This document shows positions 20,921-30,466 of a stretch of 64,000 nt of DNA, piece by piece. A program made the translations under genes and the position numbers. Positions within the stretch are counted from its first letter, which is position 1, and every line of letters begins with the position of its first letter. Origin of the DNA: an uncultured Candidatus Saccharibacteria bacterium (lineage in GTDB: Bacteria; Patescibacteriota; Minisyncoccia; Phycocordibacterales; CSBR16-119); the NCBI GenBank assembly GCA_964355515.1, contig CAYHDV010000002.1, forward strand, positions 6,622 through 70,621, written 5' to 3'. The notes beneath the pieces were generated by a model. That model did no database searches. It was not told where the DNA came from and was given only the letters and a program-made list of their open reading frames with translations.

Positions 20921-20995
20921 TGGAATGCTATCCGTAGCATTCCTCACCTCCACCAACTTCGCTAATCTGCTCAAAATAAAAAATCCTATCCTGAG

Positions 20996-21068
20996 AGCCA
21001 GAGAGAAGATTCGAACTCCCGACCTTCGCTTTACAAAAGCGTTGCTCTACCAACTGAGCTACTCTGGC
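20996..21068 (-). tRNA. tRNA-Thr(UGU), 73 nt, CCA not encoded
   Basis: Minus-strand sequence GCCAGAG-TA-GCTC-AGTTGGTA-GAGC-A-ACGCT-TTTGTAA-AGCGA-AGGTC-GGGAG-TTCGAAT-CTTCT-CTCTGGC-T. It has a 7-bp acceptor, canonical D-arm, U33/A37, anticodon TGT and a 5-nt variable loop. Confidence 0.85.
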
Positions 21069-21137
21069 TCTCAAAATAGGATTTAGTTATTTCAGTTACT
21101 TAATCACTGTTTTATTTTATTTATTTTTAAACTTCTG

Positions 21138-21539
21138 TCAATCATTATGCTTGTCTAGGTTCTTCTGAAATTTTGTCAATTCTTTTTTGTAATCTCTGAT
21201 TACCCCTAGAAAGGCAGATGGGTTTTCTCCTGAGCTAACTTTTTTATGAATCAGTCTTTCTTTGACATATTCACGCAGTTCACTGATTACTTGTTTTATC
21301 AGGAAATTTGCGAATACCAATATTTTTAGAAAAAGAAGTATCGCTAGTTTAAAAATATTTTTTCCATACCAAGTTGTTATTTCTTTTGTTTCCACCACCT
21401 TTGTGTAGAGTTTTCTGTCCTTGTGGAGAGAGTCCTCTGGAGCTTTGATTTCTCCTATTCTAATTTTATATATACGAATATATATAAAAAGAAGAGAGAC
21501 TATGAGAGCTATAGCAAAGATGATAATAAAGGCTAACAT
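21138..21539 (-). CDS. Hypothetical protein with C-terminal TM anchor
   Basis: 133-aa ORF. Confidence 0.4.
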   Translation of the reverse strand: MLAFIIIFAIALIVSLLFIYIRIYKIRIGEIKAPEDSLHKDRKLYTKVVETKEITTWYGKNIFKLAILLFLKILVFANFLIKQVISELREYVKERLIHKKVSSGENPSAFLGVIRDYKKELTKFQKNLDKHND

Positions 21540-21545
21540 AAAGTA

Positions 21546-22322
21546 TTAGATTGATTGAACCTTGTATGATTCAATTGTGAGGTTACCCCCATCTTTAAGA
21601 ATTTGAGAGATTGTTTTACTTGGATCCTTGATAAAGACTTGGGAAAGAAGTACTTGCTCTTTGAAATATGAAGCCATTTTTCCTTCAAGAATTTTATCAT
21701 GCATTTCTTTTGGCTTGTTTTCTTTTGCCAATTCTTCTGTAAAAAATTCTCTAGCCTTATCTTTGTCATGTTGAGGGATTTCTTCCTCGGTGATATAGGT
21801 AGGCTTCATTGCTGTTATTTGCATCGCAATATCTTTTGCGATTTGAGTAGTTCCTCCAGAAAGTGCCACCACTGCCACATTTTTATTATTGTGTTGGTAT
21901 GATCCAATAACTGTTCCTGTCATTTCTCCTATTTCACCAAGCTGGATGTTCTCACCAACTTTTTGGATTCCTTCGGCAACTTTGTCATCAGAGATTGCTT
22001 TCATTGCCTCTATACCTTCTGTAAAAGCTTTTTCTACTAGTTCTGCCGCGATAGCTTTGAAGTCTTCATTTTTTGCCACGAAATCAGTTTCGCAGTGCAG
22101 GGTAAGAAGCATCGCTTTTGAGGTAGATTCCTTTATTACGACTATACCATCTTTGGCATCTCGGTCTGCTTTCTTTGCAGCAGCTGCACCTGACTTCTTT
22201 TTAAGGATTATAAGAGCTTTTTCCATATCTCCATCAGCCTCTTCGAGTGCTTTTTTACATTGCATAATTGAGACACTTGTTTGCTCTCTCAATTCCTTCA
22301 CTTGTTCCATTGTTATAGACAT
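21546..22322 (-). CDS. tsf: Translation elongation factor Ts
   Basis: N-terminal UBA-like EF-Ts signature (LREQTSVSIMQCKKALEEADGDMEKAL). Located downstream of rpsB. Confidence 0.9.
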   Translation of the reverse strand: MSITMEQVKELREQTSVSIMQCKKALEEADGDMEKALIILKKKSGAAAAKKADRDAKDGIVVIKESTSKAMLLTLHCETDFVAKNEDFKAIAAELVEKAFTEGIEAMKAISDDKVAEGIQKVGENIQLGEIGEMTGTVIGSYQHNNKNVAVVALSGGTTQIAKDIAMQITAMKPTYITEEEIPQHDKDKAREFFTEELAKENKPKEMHDKILEGKMASYFKEQVLLSQVFIKDPSKTISQILKDGGNLTIESYKVQSI

Positions 22323-22396
22323 GTTGTTTTTTTGGATATTAATTAAAGTGCTAATAAATAGACATAAGATTTATTATATCGTATGTCTAAAAACTT

Positions 22397-23164
22397 TTAA
22401 GCTCTAGCTTCTTTGTAGGCGTTGATAAGTCCTTCAATAAAGTATTTTACACTTGTAATAGACCCATCGTTTGCTGGAATAGGGAAGTTGATTCCTCGAA
22501 TATCACAATCAGTACTTGCAAGTGCGATAATTGGAATGTGGATTCTCTGGGCTTCTGTAACAGCGATATGTTCGTGTCGTGGGTCCACCACAACAACAAG
22601 ATCTGGTGTCTTACCCATATCTTCGATTCCTCCGAAATAATAAGCAAGTTTGTCAGCTTCTCGTTGAATCATCAGCTGTTCTTTTTTTGTATATTTCTTG
22701 ATATCTCCTGTCTCTTGCATTGTTCGGATTTCTTTTATTCGAGCAATTCGTTTTTTGATTTCAGAGAAGTTTGTAAGCGCACCACCAACCCATCGGTCAA
22801 CCACATATGGCATACCAATTGATTCTGCTGCATCTTTCATAATTTTTCTTGACTCAGCTTTTACTCCGACAAAAAGAATTTTCTTGTCTCCTTGAGCAAA
22901 TGTTTTTATATAATCTTTTGCTTCTTCAAATTTTAAAGAAGTCTTTGATAGATCGATAATATCGGTCCCGTTCTTTGTTCCGTACACATAGTCTCTCATA
23001 GAAGGGTGTCTTCGGGCTCGTGAGAACCCGTAGTGTGCTCCTACTTCAAACATTTGTGTGGTTGTATCTTTGTCTGTAGACATATCTTTTTTAAATAGGG
23101 GATATTCGAACCATAATTGATTTGAATAACACCTTGTGATATTGGCCTGAATTTCTAAGGGCAA
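22397..23164 (-). CDS. rpsB: 30S ribosomal protein S2
   Basis: FEVGAHYGFSRARRHPSMRDYVYG…LFVGVKAESRK…VDRWVGGALTNF, the S2 signature. Confidence 0.92.
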   Translation of the reverse strand: MPLEIQANITRCYSNQLWFEYPLFKKDMSTDKDTTTQMFEVGAHYGFSRARRHPSMRDYVYGTKNGTDIIDLSKTSLKFEEAKDYIKTFAQGDKKILFVGVKAESRKIMKDAAESIGMPYVVDRWVGGALTNFSEIKKRIARIKEIRTMQETGDIKKYTKKEQLMIQREADKLAYYFGGIEDMGKTPDLVVVVDPRHEHIAVTEAQRIHIPIIALASTDCDIRGINFPIPANDGSITSVKYFIEGLINAYKEARA

Positions 23165-23347
23165 TTAGCCCCGAACCAAAATGTTTATTATTAATAAAAC
23201 AATCTCTATATGAGATCATTCGACAGGGTCGATAATACCAGAGAAAGTCAGATTTTACAAGGAGAAATTGGGGTGGTTTTTCTTTTATTAAAATCTTTGT
23301 TTTTTTACTTTAAGACTAAAGACTGTGCAATCTTCATGTAATATACC

Positions 23348-23570
23348 CGTCATCCTGAATTTATTTCAGGATCTATTAAATATCAAAAAGATGCTGAAAC
23401 AAGTTCAGCATGACAAGCTCAAGTGTCAGAACCCCCTCAATCTCCCCCTTGAAAAGGGGGAGAGGGGCCCTAGTTCAAATAATCACAAAAGCTCCCAAAC
23501 TTGCGTCATTCCCGCGAACGCGGGAATCCAGAAAAAGAAAACAGCCTCGCGGATTCGCGAGGCTGTTTTA
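23348..23570. repeat. Cluster of hairpin repeats (GTCATCC-type hairpin, ~50-nt block shared with 32.58 kb, terminator hairpin)
   Basis: cgtcatcctgaatttatttcaggatc at 23348..23373. ttgcgtcattcccgcgaacgcgggaatccagaaa at 23502..23535 matches 32582..32616. aaacagcctcgcggattcgcgaggctgttt at 23539..23570. Confidence 0.75.
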
Positions 23571-23611
23571 TAAATATTACTCTATATCAAGAGTCTTTTA
23601 ATCGCCACTTT

Positions 23612-23917
23612 CTATTTTAGTGATCTGAGCACCATGACTAAACCAGCTATAGATGAAAAGCTTGGGTGCTGTATTCTAGCCTTTTCTGCAGACACCACAA
23701 TTGAACTCTTGATGAGTCCAGTATCGATGCCATAGGCCTTTTCAAGGTGTTTACATGTTGAGTAGATCCCCAGTAGCTTAGCTTGGTTAGATTCATCTAT
23801 TAAATCAAGTGCATAGATCTCAGTAAAAAATTTTTGAGTCGCCTTGATAATTTCCAGAGGGTTTTGTGATTCTTGAGCTTTTTTGAAATCATCGAAATAG
23901 GTTGCAATGTCCATCAT
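23612..23917 (-). CDS. Hypothetical protein
   Basis: 101-aa ORF. Confidence 0.4.
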   Translation of the reverse strand: MMDIATYFDDFKKAQESQNPLEIIKATQKFFTEIYALDLIDESNQAKLLGIYSTCKHLEKAYGIDTGLIKSSIVVSAEKARIQHPSFSSIAGLVMVLRSLK

Positions 23918-24033
23918 TATTTTTTAAGTGGTTCAAATTTATTAAGATATTAACATATATAAATTTAAAAGTCAAGCAATATAGAAAATCTCCTTTTTGC
24001 CTTTCTCTCCCTTTTCAAGTATTATTGAATCTA

Positions 24034-25272
24034 ATGAGACAATCTAAACTATTCACCAAAACACGAAAAGAGGCCCCAAAAGATGAGGTGTCAAAAAACG
24101 CACAACTCCTTATTCGAGCTGGTTTTATTCACAAGGAAATGGCTGGCATTTACTCTTTCTTGCCTCTGGGTCTTCGTGTTATTGAGAAGATTTCAGATAT
24201 TATTAGAGAACAGATGTCGCTCGTAGGTGGTATTGAAATGCAGTCAGCTGCATTTCAGAAAAAAGAAACATGGGAGAAGACAGGAAGATGGAATGACGAG
24301 GTTGTCGATAATTGGTTTAAAACATCTCTAAAGGGAGGAGGAGAGCTTGGGCTTGCCTTTACTCACGAAGAGCCTTTGACTGCGATGATGAAAAGCTTCG
24401 TCTCGTCTTACAAGGATCTTCCTGTCTACCCATATGACATTCGTTCAGTGTTTCGAAATGAAGCTCGAGCAAAGTCCGGTGTGATGCGAGGAAGAGAGTT
24501 TTTTTGGAAAGCCCTTTATTCTTTTTCACAGGATGACGCTGAACATTTGGCCTTCTATGAAAAGATGAAAAAAGCCTACAAAAATGTATTTGAGCGAACA
24601 GGTCTTGGAGAGTCTACCTATATCACCTTTGCCTCTGGGGGAAGTTTCTCAAAATATTCTCACGAGTTCCAAACTATTTCTCCAGCAGGAGAAGACATTA
24701 TTTATGTTCACAAAGGCAAGGGTATTGCTGTGAATAAGGAAGTGTATACAGACGAAGTCCTAGCTGAACTTGGGCTTGATAAAAGTGAGCTTGTAGAAGA
24801 GAAAGCAATTGAGACAGGGAATATCTTTTCTCTTGGGACAAAATTCTCAGAACCTCTGGAACTCACGTATACCAATGAAGCAGGAGAAAATAAATTTGTG
24901 GTCATGGGATCATATGGTATTGGTATATCTCGACTTGTTGGCGTTATCGCAGAGACTCTTTCTGACGATCGTGGGCTTATCTGGCCAGCATCGGTATCGC
25001 CTTTTGATATACATTTGATTAGTCTTGGAAAAGATGAGGAGGCAAATGATTTGTATTCTAAACTGAAAGAGCAGGGACTAGAGGTGCTTTTTGATGATAG
25101 AGAGGCTTCTGCAGGAGAAAAATTTGCAGACAGCGATTTGATTGGTATACCACTCCGAGTTGTTGTCTCTGGAAGAAGCTTGGAAGCTGGAGGAGTGGAA
25201 GTAAAAGAGCGAACGACTGAAAAAGGTGAAGTGCTTGCAATTAATGAATTGCTTGGTAGATTTAAAAAATAA
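24034..25272 (+). CDS. proS: Prolyl-tRNA synthetase (short, INS-less form)
   Basis: Class II aaRS motifs (LIRAGFIHKEMAGIYSFLPLGLRV…; FRNEARAKSGVMRGREF), C-terminal anticodon-binding domain, and strong similarity to the ProRS N-terminus. Start moved to the internal Met at 24034, because the upstream part of the track ORF overlaps the neighbouring gene. Confidence 0.8.
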   Translation: MRQSKLFTKTRKEAPKDEVSKNAQLLIRAGFIHKEMAGIYSFLPLGLRVIEKISDIIREQMSLVGGIEMQSAAFQKKETWEKTGRWNDEVVDNWFKTSLKGGGELGLAFTHEEPLTAMMKSFVSSYKDLPVYPYDIRSVFRNEARAKSGVMRGREFFWKALYSFSQDDAEHLAFYEKMKKAYKNVFERTGLGESTYITFASGGSFSKYSHEFQTISPAGEDIIYVHKGKGIAVNKEVYTDEVLAELGLDKSELVEEKAIETGNIFSLGTKFSEPLELTYTNEAGENKFVVMGSYGIGISRLVGVIAETLSDDRGLIWPASVSPFDIHLISLGKDEEANDLYSKLKEQGLEVLFDDREASAGEKFADSDLIGIPLRVVVSGRSLEAGGVEVKERTTEKGEVLAINELLGRFKK

Positions 25273-25274
25273 GT

Positions 25275-26330
25275 ATGTTTAAAAAGATTGAACAATTATA
25301 TAACCGATTTTCAAATGATATCGGGATTGATTTAGGTACAGCCAATACTTTGGTTTATTTGCGCGGTCATGGGATTGTGATTACCGAGCCATCAGTTGTG
25401 GCTATCAATATCAAAACAGACCAAGTGGTGGCAGTGGGATCTGAAGCCAAGAAGATGCTTGGGAGAACTCCGGGCCACATCAAAGCTATTCGCCCTATTG
25501 TTGATGGTGTAATTTCTGATTATGAAATTACAGAAGAAATGCTTAGCTATTTTATTAACAAAGCAGAAAAAATTTCTAAAAAACTTTTTAGACCAAGAGT
25601 GGTGGTGGGTATTCCATCGGACATCACAAATGTCGAGATGAGAGCTGTGGTGGATGCTTCTCGATCTGCAGGAGCAAGAGAAGTATATATTGTAGAAGAG
25701 CCCATGGCCGCGGCTATTGGTATACGGATGCCGATCAAAGAGCCAGTGGGGAGCATGATTGTTGATATTGGTGGAGGGACAACAGACATTGCCGTCATCT
25801 CTCTTGGGGGAATTGTACAGTCAAAAAGTATGAAAGTAGCAGGGGATTTGCTCAATCAAGATATTATGAATTATCTTAAAGATGAATTCAAATTGCTTGT
25901 CGGAGAGAAGACAGCCGAGCATGTAAAAATAACAATTGGTTCAGTATCTGAAAAACAAAATGAAGAAGTTTCTGTGAGAGGGAGAGACCTGATCACTGGT
26001 CTTCCAAGAGAGGTGATTATAACCGCAGGTGATGTTAGGGAGGCTATTTCTGGATCTGTTAACCTGCTTATAGATGGGATAAAGGAGGTGCTGGAAACAA
26101 CTCCACCTGAAATCCTTTCAGACGTCATGAGAAGGGGTATTGTTCTTGTGGGTGGAGGGGCTCTTACTGATGGGCTTGCAGGATTACTTGAGGCAATTCT
26201 AAAAATTCCAATTAGAGTTTCAGAAGACCCTTTGACAGCGGTTGCAAGAGGTACGGGTATTATTTTGGAAGATGTAGAATTTTATAAAGAATCCCTTGTC
26301 CCAGATGACTATGAATTACAAATTCGATAG
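25275..26330 (+). CDS. mreB: Rod-shape-determining actin homologue MreB
   Basis: IGIDLGTANTLVY phosphate-1 motif and actin-fold motifs throughout. Confidence 0.92.
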   Translation: MFKKIEQLYNRFSNDIGIDLGTANTLVYLRGHGIVITEPSVVAINIKTDQVVAVGSEAKKMLGRTPGHIKAIRPIVDGVISDYEITEEMLSYFINKAEKISKKLFRPRVVVGIPSDITNVEMRAVVDASRSAGAREVYIVEEPMAAAIGIRMPIKEPVGSMIVDIGGGTTDIAVISLGGIVQSKSMKVAGDLLNQDIMNYLKDEFKLLVGEKTAEHVKITIGSVSEKQNEEVSVRGRDLITGLPREVIITAGDVREAISGSVNLLIDGIKEVLETTPPEILSDVMRRGIVLVGGGALTDGLAGLLEAILKIPIRVSEDPLTAVARGTGIILEDVEFYKESLVPDDYELQIR

Positions 26331-27123
26331 AAAAAAAAATAAAACAAAAATGGTAACTTTTATAGTTATTATTTTTGTTTTTTTGTTGATCTTTCTTCGG
26401 AAGCCAATATTTTCTTTATTTGGTAATCCGGTGTCAGAGATTAGTACTCCTTTGTGGGGGATAAGTCAGTTTCTTTCTGGAGAAATCACAGAAAACTTTC
26501 TCTCTCTTCAATCAAAAAAAACTCTTGTGAAAAAACTCATGGAACTTCAAGAGTCATTTAAAAGTATGCATTCTTTGGAGCAAGAGAGAGATACACTAGC
26601 TAAGGAAAATACAGAACTTCAAAAGACCTTGGGATTGTACAGAGAATTCCAATTTGATAAAACAGCGAGGGTTTTGGCCAGGCCTCCAAAGATTTCTTAT
26701 GATACCTTGCTGATTGATATAGGAGAAAAAGACGGGGTACTGATGGGGGATTTGGTTTTTTCGGGTGAGAATATTTTGTTGGGAGAAATAAGCGACATAA
26801 GGAGAAGTTCGTCTCTTGTGGAGCTTTATTCAACCCCTCTTCGTGAGACTGAGGTTAGATTGCCAACTTCTGGTTTGGCACTGACTTTTGTGGGTAGAGG
26901 AGGTGGAGCCTTCTCTGTCGCTATTCCTAGAGATATCCCTGCAGAAGAGGGAGAGAGCATTCTCTCTTCAAGAGAGGGTAGTTATTTAGTTGGAGTAATT
27001 TCTCGTATAACAGGAAACCCTCAAGACCCAGTGAAAACAATTATTGCAAAATCTCCGATAAATATGAATTACCTGCACTATGTTTTTATTAAAAGAACAG
27101 TTGTTCATGAGCAAGAAATTTAA
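26296..27123 (+). CDS. mreC: Rod-shape-determining protein MreC
   Basis: N-terminal TM, coiled coil (LEQERDTLAKENTELQK) and beta-rich C-terminal domain, immediately after mreB. Confidence 0.75.
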   Translation: MSQMTMNYKFDRKKNKTKMVTFIVIIFVFLLIFLRKPIFSLFGNPVSEISTPLWGISQFLSGEITENFLSLQSKKTLVKKLMELQESFKSMHSLEQERDTLAKENTELQKTLGLYREFQFDKTARVLARPPKISYDTLLIDIGEKDGVLMGDLVFSGENILLGEISDIRRSSSLVELYSTPLRETEVRLPTSGLALTFVGRGGGAFSVAIPRDIPAEEGESILSSREGSYLVGVISRITGNPQDPVKTIIAKSPINMNYLHYVFIKRTVVHEQEI

Positions 27124-28339
27124 TTTTAAAATTACAGATAGACTAGACGGGACGCTGGTTAGAGTCGGTGTTATTTCCACAATTCATGGTGACATTGAGA
27201 CGCCATCTTTTGTTGTTGTTGGGACAAAGGCAACAGTCAAGACATTAACTCCAGAACAAATAAATGAGCTCGGTGCACAGGTGGTACTTGCAAACACCTA
27301 CCACTTGTATATGCAGCCGGGGGCAGATATTGTCAGAAAAGCAGGAGGCTTTGCTAAAATGATGAATTATTCTGGGCCTACAATGACAGATTCTGGTGGG
27401 TTCCAAGTATTTTCTCTAGGTGAAGCTTTCGGTACAAAGGTTTCAAAAGTAGCAAGCGGAGAAGATAAGACTGTGACAGAAAAAAATAAATCTGAGAACA
27501 AGTCTCACGAAAGATTAGCAAAAATAGACGAAGAAGGAGTGACTTTCAAATCTCATCTTGACGGATCTCTACACAGATTTACACCGGAGTCTTCCATGGA
27601 AGTTCAGTGGGATCTCGGAGCAGATATGATTTTTGCTTTTGATGAATGCACAAGCCCTCTTGCTAACAAAGAATATCAAAGAGAGGCAATGGAAAGAACT
27701 CACAGGTGGGCAAAGAGAAGTCTTGCTCGTCACACAGAGCTTGATCCTGAAAATATTCAAGCACTTTTTGCTGTTGTACAAGGAGGGAGATTTGAAGATT
27801 TGAGAGTAGAATCAGCAAAGACTCTTGCCGAAATGAAATTAGAAACAGGAGAGGAATTTGATGGTTTCGGGATAGGGGGATCTTTCAACAAAGAAGATAT
27901 GGGGAATGCTGTTCGCTGGGTAAATGAACAGTTGCCAGAAGATAAGCCAAGACATCTGCTTGGTATAGGAGACCCTCTAGATTTATTTGAAGGGGTAGAA
28001 AATGGATGCGACCTGTTCGACTGTGTGTCACCGACACGCCTTGCGAGGCACGGTGTCCTCTACACGGTAGATGGTCCCATAAATATTTTTAATGCTAAAT
28101 TTAAAGAAGATTTCTCTTCTATTGATCTAGGGACTCCTTCATATACTTCAAAAAACTATACGAAAGCGTATTTGGCACACTTGTTTCGAGCAGGAGAGAT
28201 GACAGGGCAAACCCTCGCTTCAATCCATAACTTATATTTTATAGTGACACTTGTAGACAAGATTAGAGCTTCAGTAAAAGATGGTACTTTTTTTGAATTT
28301 AAAAAAGAGTTTTTGGGGAGGTATGGGAAGAGGGGGTAG
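27107..28339 (+). CDS. tgt: Queuine tRNA-ribosyltransferase
   Basis: TPSFVVVGTKATVK…LANTYHLYMQPG and the Zn site CDLFDCVSPTRLARHG. Start placed at MSKKFNF. Confidence 0.88.
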   Translation: MSKKFNFKITDRLDGTLVRVGVISTIHGDIETPSFVVVGTKATVKTLTPEQINELGAQVVLANTYHLYMQPGADIVRKAGGFAKMMNYSGPTMTDSGGFQVFSLGEAFGTKVSKVASGEDKTVTEKNKSENKSHERLAKIDEEGVTFKSHLDGSLHRFTPESSMEVQWDLGADMIFAFDECTSPLANKEYQREAMERTHRWAKRSLARHTELDPENIQALFAVVQGGRFEDLRVESAKTLAEMKLETGEEFDGFGIGGSFNKEDMGNAVRWVNEQLPEDKPRHLLGIGDPLDLFEGVENGCDLFDCVSPTRLARHGVLYTVDGPINIFNAKFKEDFSSIDLGTPSYTSKNYTKAYLAHLFRAGEMTGQTLASIHNLYFIVTLVDKIRASVKDGTFFEFKKEFLGRYGKRG

Positions 28340-28400
28340 AGGTTGACCTGTTGTTTATTTTTTGTATAATCAAAATAAACTAACTTAAAAACTGGATAAC

Positions 28401-29063
28401 ATGACACGTTTGAAATACATACGTATGCCTGAGGGAAAAAGGAAAACCCAAATTGGAATTTTAGGAGCTTTTTGTCGAAACTTTTTTCCCATTGGTCTGG
28501 GATATGGATTCCCTGATCCCAAAACTGGAGAAATTATTTTTTTCTCAGCCAAGGAATTAAAAGAATCAAAGGGTATATTTAAGATTACCTCAAAGAAAAG
28601 AGGTAAAAAAACTTCATATTTCTTGGAATCTGAAAGTCTTATGAAAGGGCAAAGGCTCCCAGCTGAAATTGGGTCGCTTTTGTATGATCTTCAAGAATTT
28701 GACAAGTATTTTGGAGCTTATCGGGATTGTGAAGCTCGAGTTTACTCGCTATTAGATTTTACTCTTTCGAGTGTGAGCTCTAATCCTGCTGTTGCGAGAA
28801 GTATCAAGAGCTACTTTGCACCCGATGAAAAATTTCGTGATTTTTTCAAAGAGTGGAAAGCTCTTGTTGATTTAAAAAATGAAAACATTAAAAACCAAGA
28901 GTACGAAAAAGCTTCAGAAGAAAGAATTTCTGAGGTTGATAAAAGTAAAGAAATGGTTGTATACCTCCAGGATAAATTTCCTGGAACTCGTTGCTTCAAA
29001 TTTGAAAAAGTGCTTAGAGACGTTTTGGTTGAAACATCAAAGATGATGTTTGTTGCATTATAG
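28401..29063 (+). CDS. Hypothetical protein
   Basis: 220-aa ORF followed by hairpin terminator gccccgccgaatttcggtggggc at 29064..29104. Confidence 0.45.
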   Translation: MTRLKYIRMPEGKRKTQIGILGAFCRNFFPIGLGYGFPDPKTGEIIFFSAKELKESKGIFKITSKKRGKKTSYFLESESLMKGQRLPAEIGSLLYDLQEFDKYFGAYRDCEARVYSLLDFTLSSVSSNPAVARSIKSYFAPDEKFRDFFKEWKALVDLKNENIKNQEYEKASEERISEVDKSKEMVVYLQDKFPGTRCFKFEKVLRDVLVETSKMMFVAL

Positions 29064-29126
29064 AAAAAAAGCCCCGCCGAATTTCGGTGGGGCTTTCTTA
29101 TTTTCATATATGCTATACTTTCCCTC

Positions 29127-29534
29127 ATGAAAAAGAATGAAAAACAAAAAATAGCAAAAGACACCATTCCACGAAGGTCTTCTGCGGGTATTGGACTTTT
29201 TGCAAGAGAAGATATCAAAAAAGGTGAATTTATTATTGAATATGTTGGGGAGATTGTAGACAGGAAAGAAGCTGACAATAGAGGTGGTAAATATCTTTTT
29301 GAGACAAACAAAAACCGTGTTGTTGATGGTAAAGATAGGTCAAACAAAGCGCGATATATAAATCATGCGTGCAAACCAAATGCTGAAGTGACTATCGAGA
29401 GAGGGCATATAAATATCTATGCTATTAAAAATATAAAAGCCGAAGAGGAGATAAATTATGATTATGGTAAAGAGTATACTGATGAGTATTGTACTCCATG
29501 CCTGTGTTCCACATGCGTAGCTAAGAAGTCTTAA
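29127..29534 (+). CDS. Minimal SET-domain protein (putative protein-lysine methyltransferase)
   Basis: GIGLFAREDIKKGEFIIEYVGE…RYINHACKPNAEV…INYDYG plus a post-SET Cys cluster (CTPCLCSTC). Confidence 0.8.
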   Translation: MKKNEKQKIAKDTIPRRSSAGIGLFAREDIKKGEFIIEYVGEIVDRKEADNRGGKYLFETNKNRVVDGKDRSNKARYINHACKPNAEVTIERGHINIYAIKNIKAEEEINYDYGKEYTDEYCTPCLCSTCVAKKS

Positions 29535-29697
29535 TCCAAAAAAAGATAGCCTTAAAACAAGACTATCTTTTTTAATAGGGAAATGGGATAATTGTTATAT
29601 GGAATTTCTTAGCGGAATGATCAAGGGTTTGATAGATATTATTATGTTGCCATTTACCATATTTTTTGGTGATGGCAAAGATAAAAAATAAAACATT

Positions 29698-30441
29698 ATG
29701 TTATATAGCATAATCTCTGGAATAGCCATTGTTCTTGTTTCTTTTGTGGGGTTATTTTTTACTTCACCAAAAATAAAAAAGTATTTAACAAAACATCTTT
29801 CATTTTTTGTATCTTTTTCTGCCGGAGTATTTTTTCTTGTTTCTTTTGATCTTGTCAAAGAATCAATTGAAATGGGGCCAGTTTCCCTTGTCTTAGTTTC
29901 TGCAATTCTTGGTTTTATATTTTTCTATGTATTTGAAAAAATAATACCAGAATCTCATCACCATCATGGAGATGATTGTGATCATCCTCATAAGAGAAAG
30001 AATTCATTAAAAATGCTTGTGGGTGATGCGTTCCACAAGGTAGCAGATGGATTGATTATTTTTCCAGCATTTATCATAGGCTTTTCTGTTGGATTAGTCA
30101 CTGTTATTGGGATATTGATTCACGAAATTATCTACAATATATCTGAATACTTCGTACTGATTGACTCTGGCTACACAAACAAGCAAGCTCTCACCAGAAA
30201 TGCCCTTACTTCTTTTTCTGTATTTATTGGTATTTTCTTAGGGTCATTGATTCTTTACACAGAAGACATCCAAGTTTTTTTCTTATCCTTTTCTGCTGGG
30301 GCATTTTTATACTTAGTTTTCCACGACTTGATTCCACTACATCTGTTTAGGACTGATAGAGCAAAAGCCTTTAAGCATATCTTGTTTTTTGTCGCTGGTA
30401 TAGGGGTACTTTTCTTAGCCACCTTCCATCTCCCACATTAG
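29698..30441 (+). CDS. ZIP-like divalent-metal transporter (His-rich loop)
   Basis: 7–8 TM helices, cytoplasmic loop HHHHGDDCDHPH and HEIIYNISEYF resembling the ZIP HExxE region. Family assignment is tentative. Confidence 0.45.
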   Translation: MLYSIISGIAIVLVSFVGLFFTSPKIKKYLTKHLSFFVSFSAGVFFLVSFDLVKESIEMGPVSLVLVSAILGFIFFYVFEKIIPESHHHHGDDCDHPHKRKNSLKMLVGDAFHKVADGLIIFPAFIIGFSVGLVTVIGILIHEIIYNISEYFVLIDSGYTNKQALTRNALTSFSVFIGIFLGSLILYTEDIQVFFLSFSAGAFLYLVFHDLIPLHLFRTDRAKAFKHILFFVAGIGVLFLATFHLPH

Positions 30442-30466
30442 AAATTTTTGTGTATAATCTCTTATT

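Noticed and set aside
20996-21068. Reading the tRNA anticodon loop as TTGTAAA, giving GUA, Tyr
   Set aside because: Standard numbering from the D-stem places the loop at TTTGTAA with U33 and A37 correctly positioned. The 5-nt variable loop excludes a class II tRNA-Tyr.
20751-21086. 111-aa plus-strand ORF spanning the tRNA-Thr region
   Set aside because: It reads straight through the tRNA gene and its duplicated 3' half on the opposite strand. There is no coding signal, and it is explained by the tRNA and repeats.
23902-24033. N-terminal 44-aa extension of the proS ORF
   Set aside because: It overlaps the upstream minus-strand gene and has non-protein-like composition. ProRS homology begins at the internal Met, at 24034.
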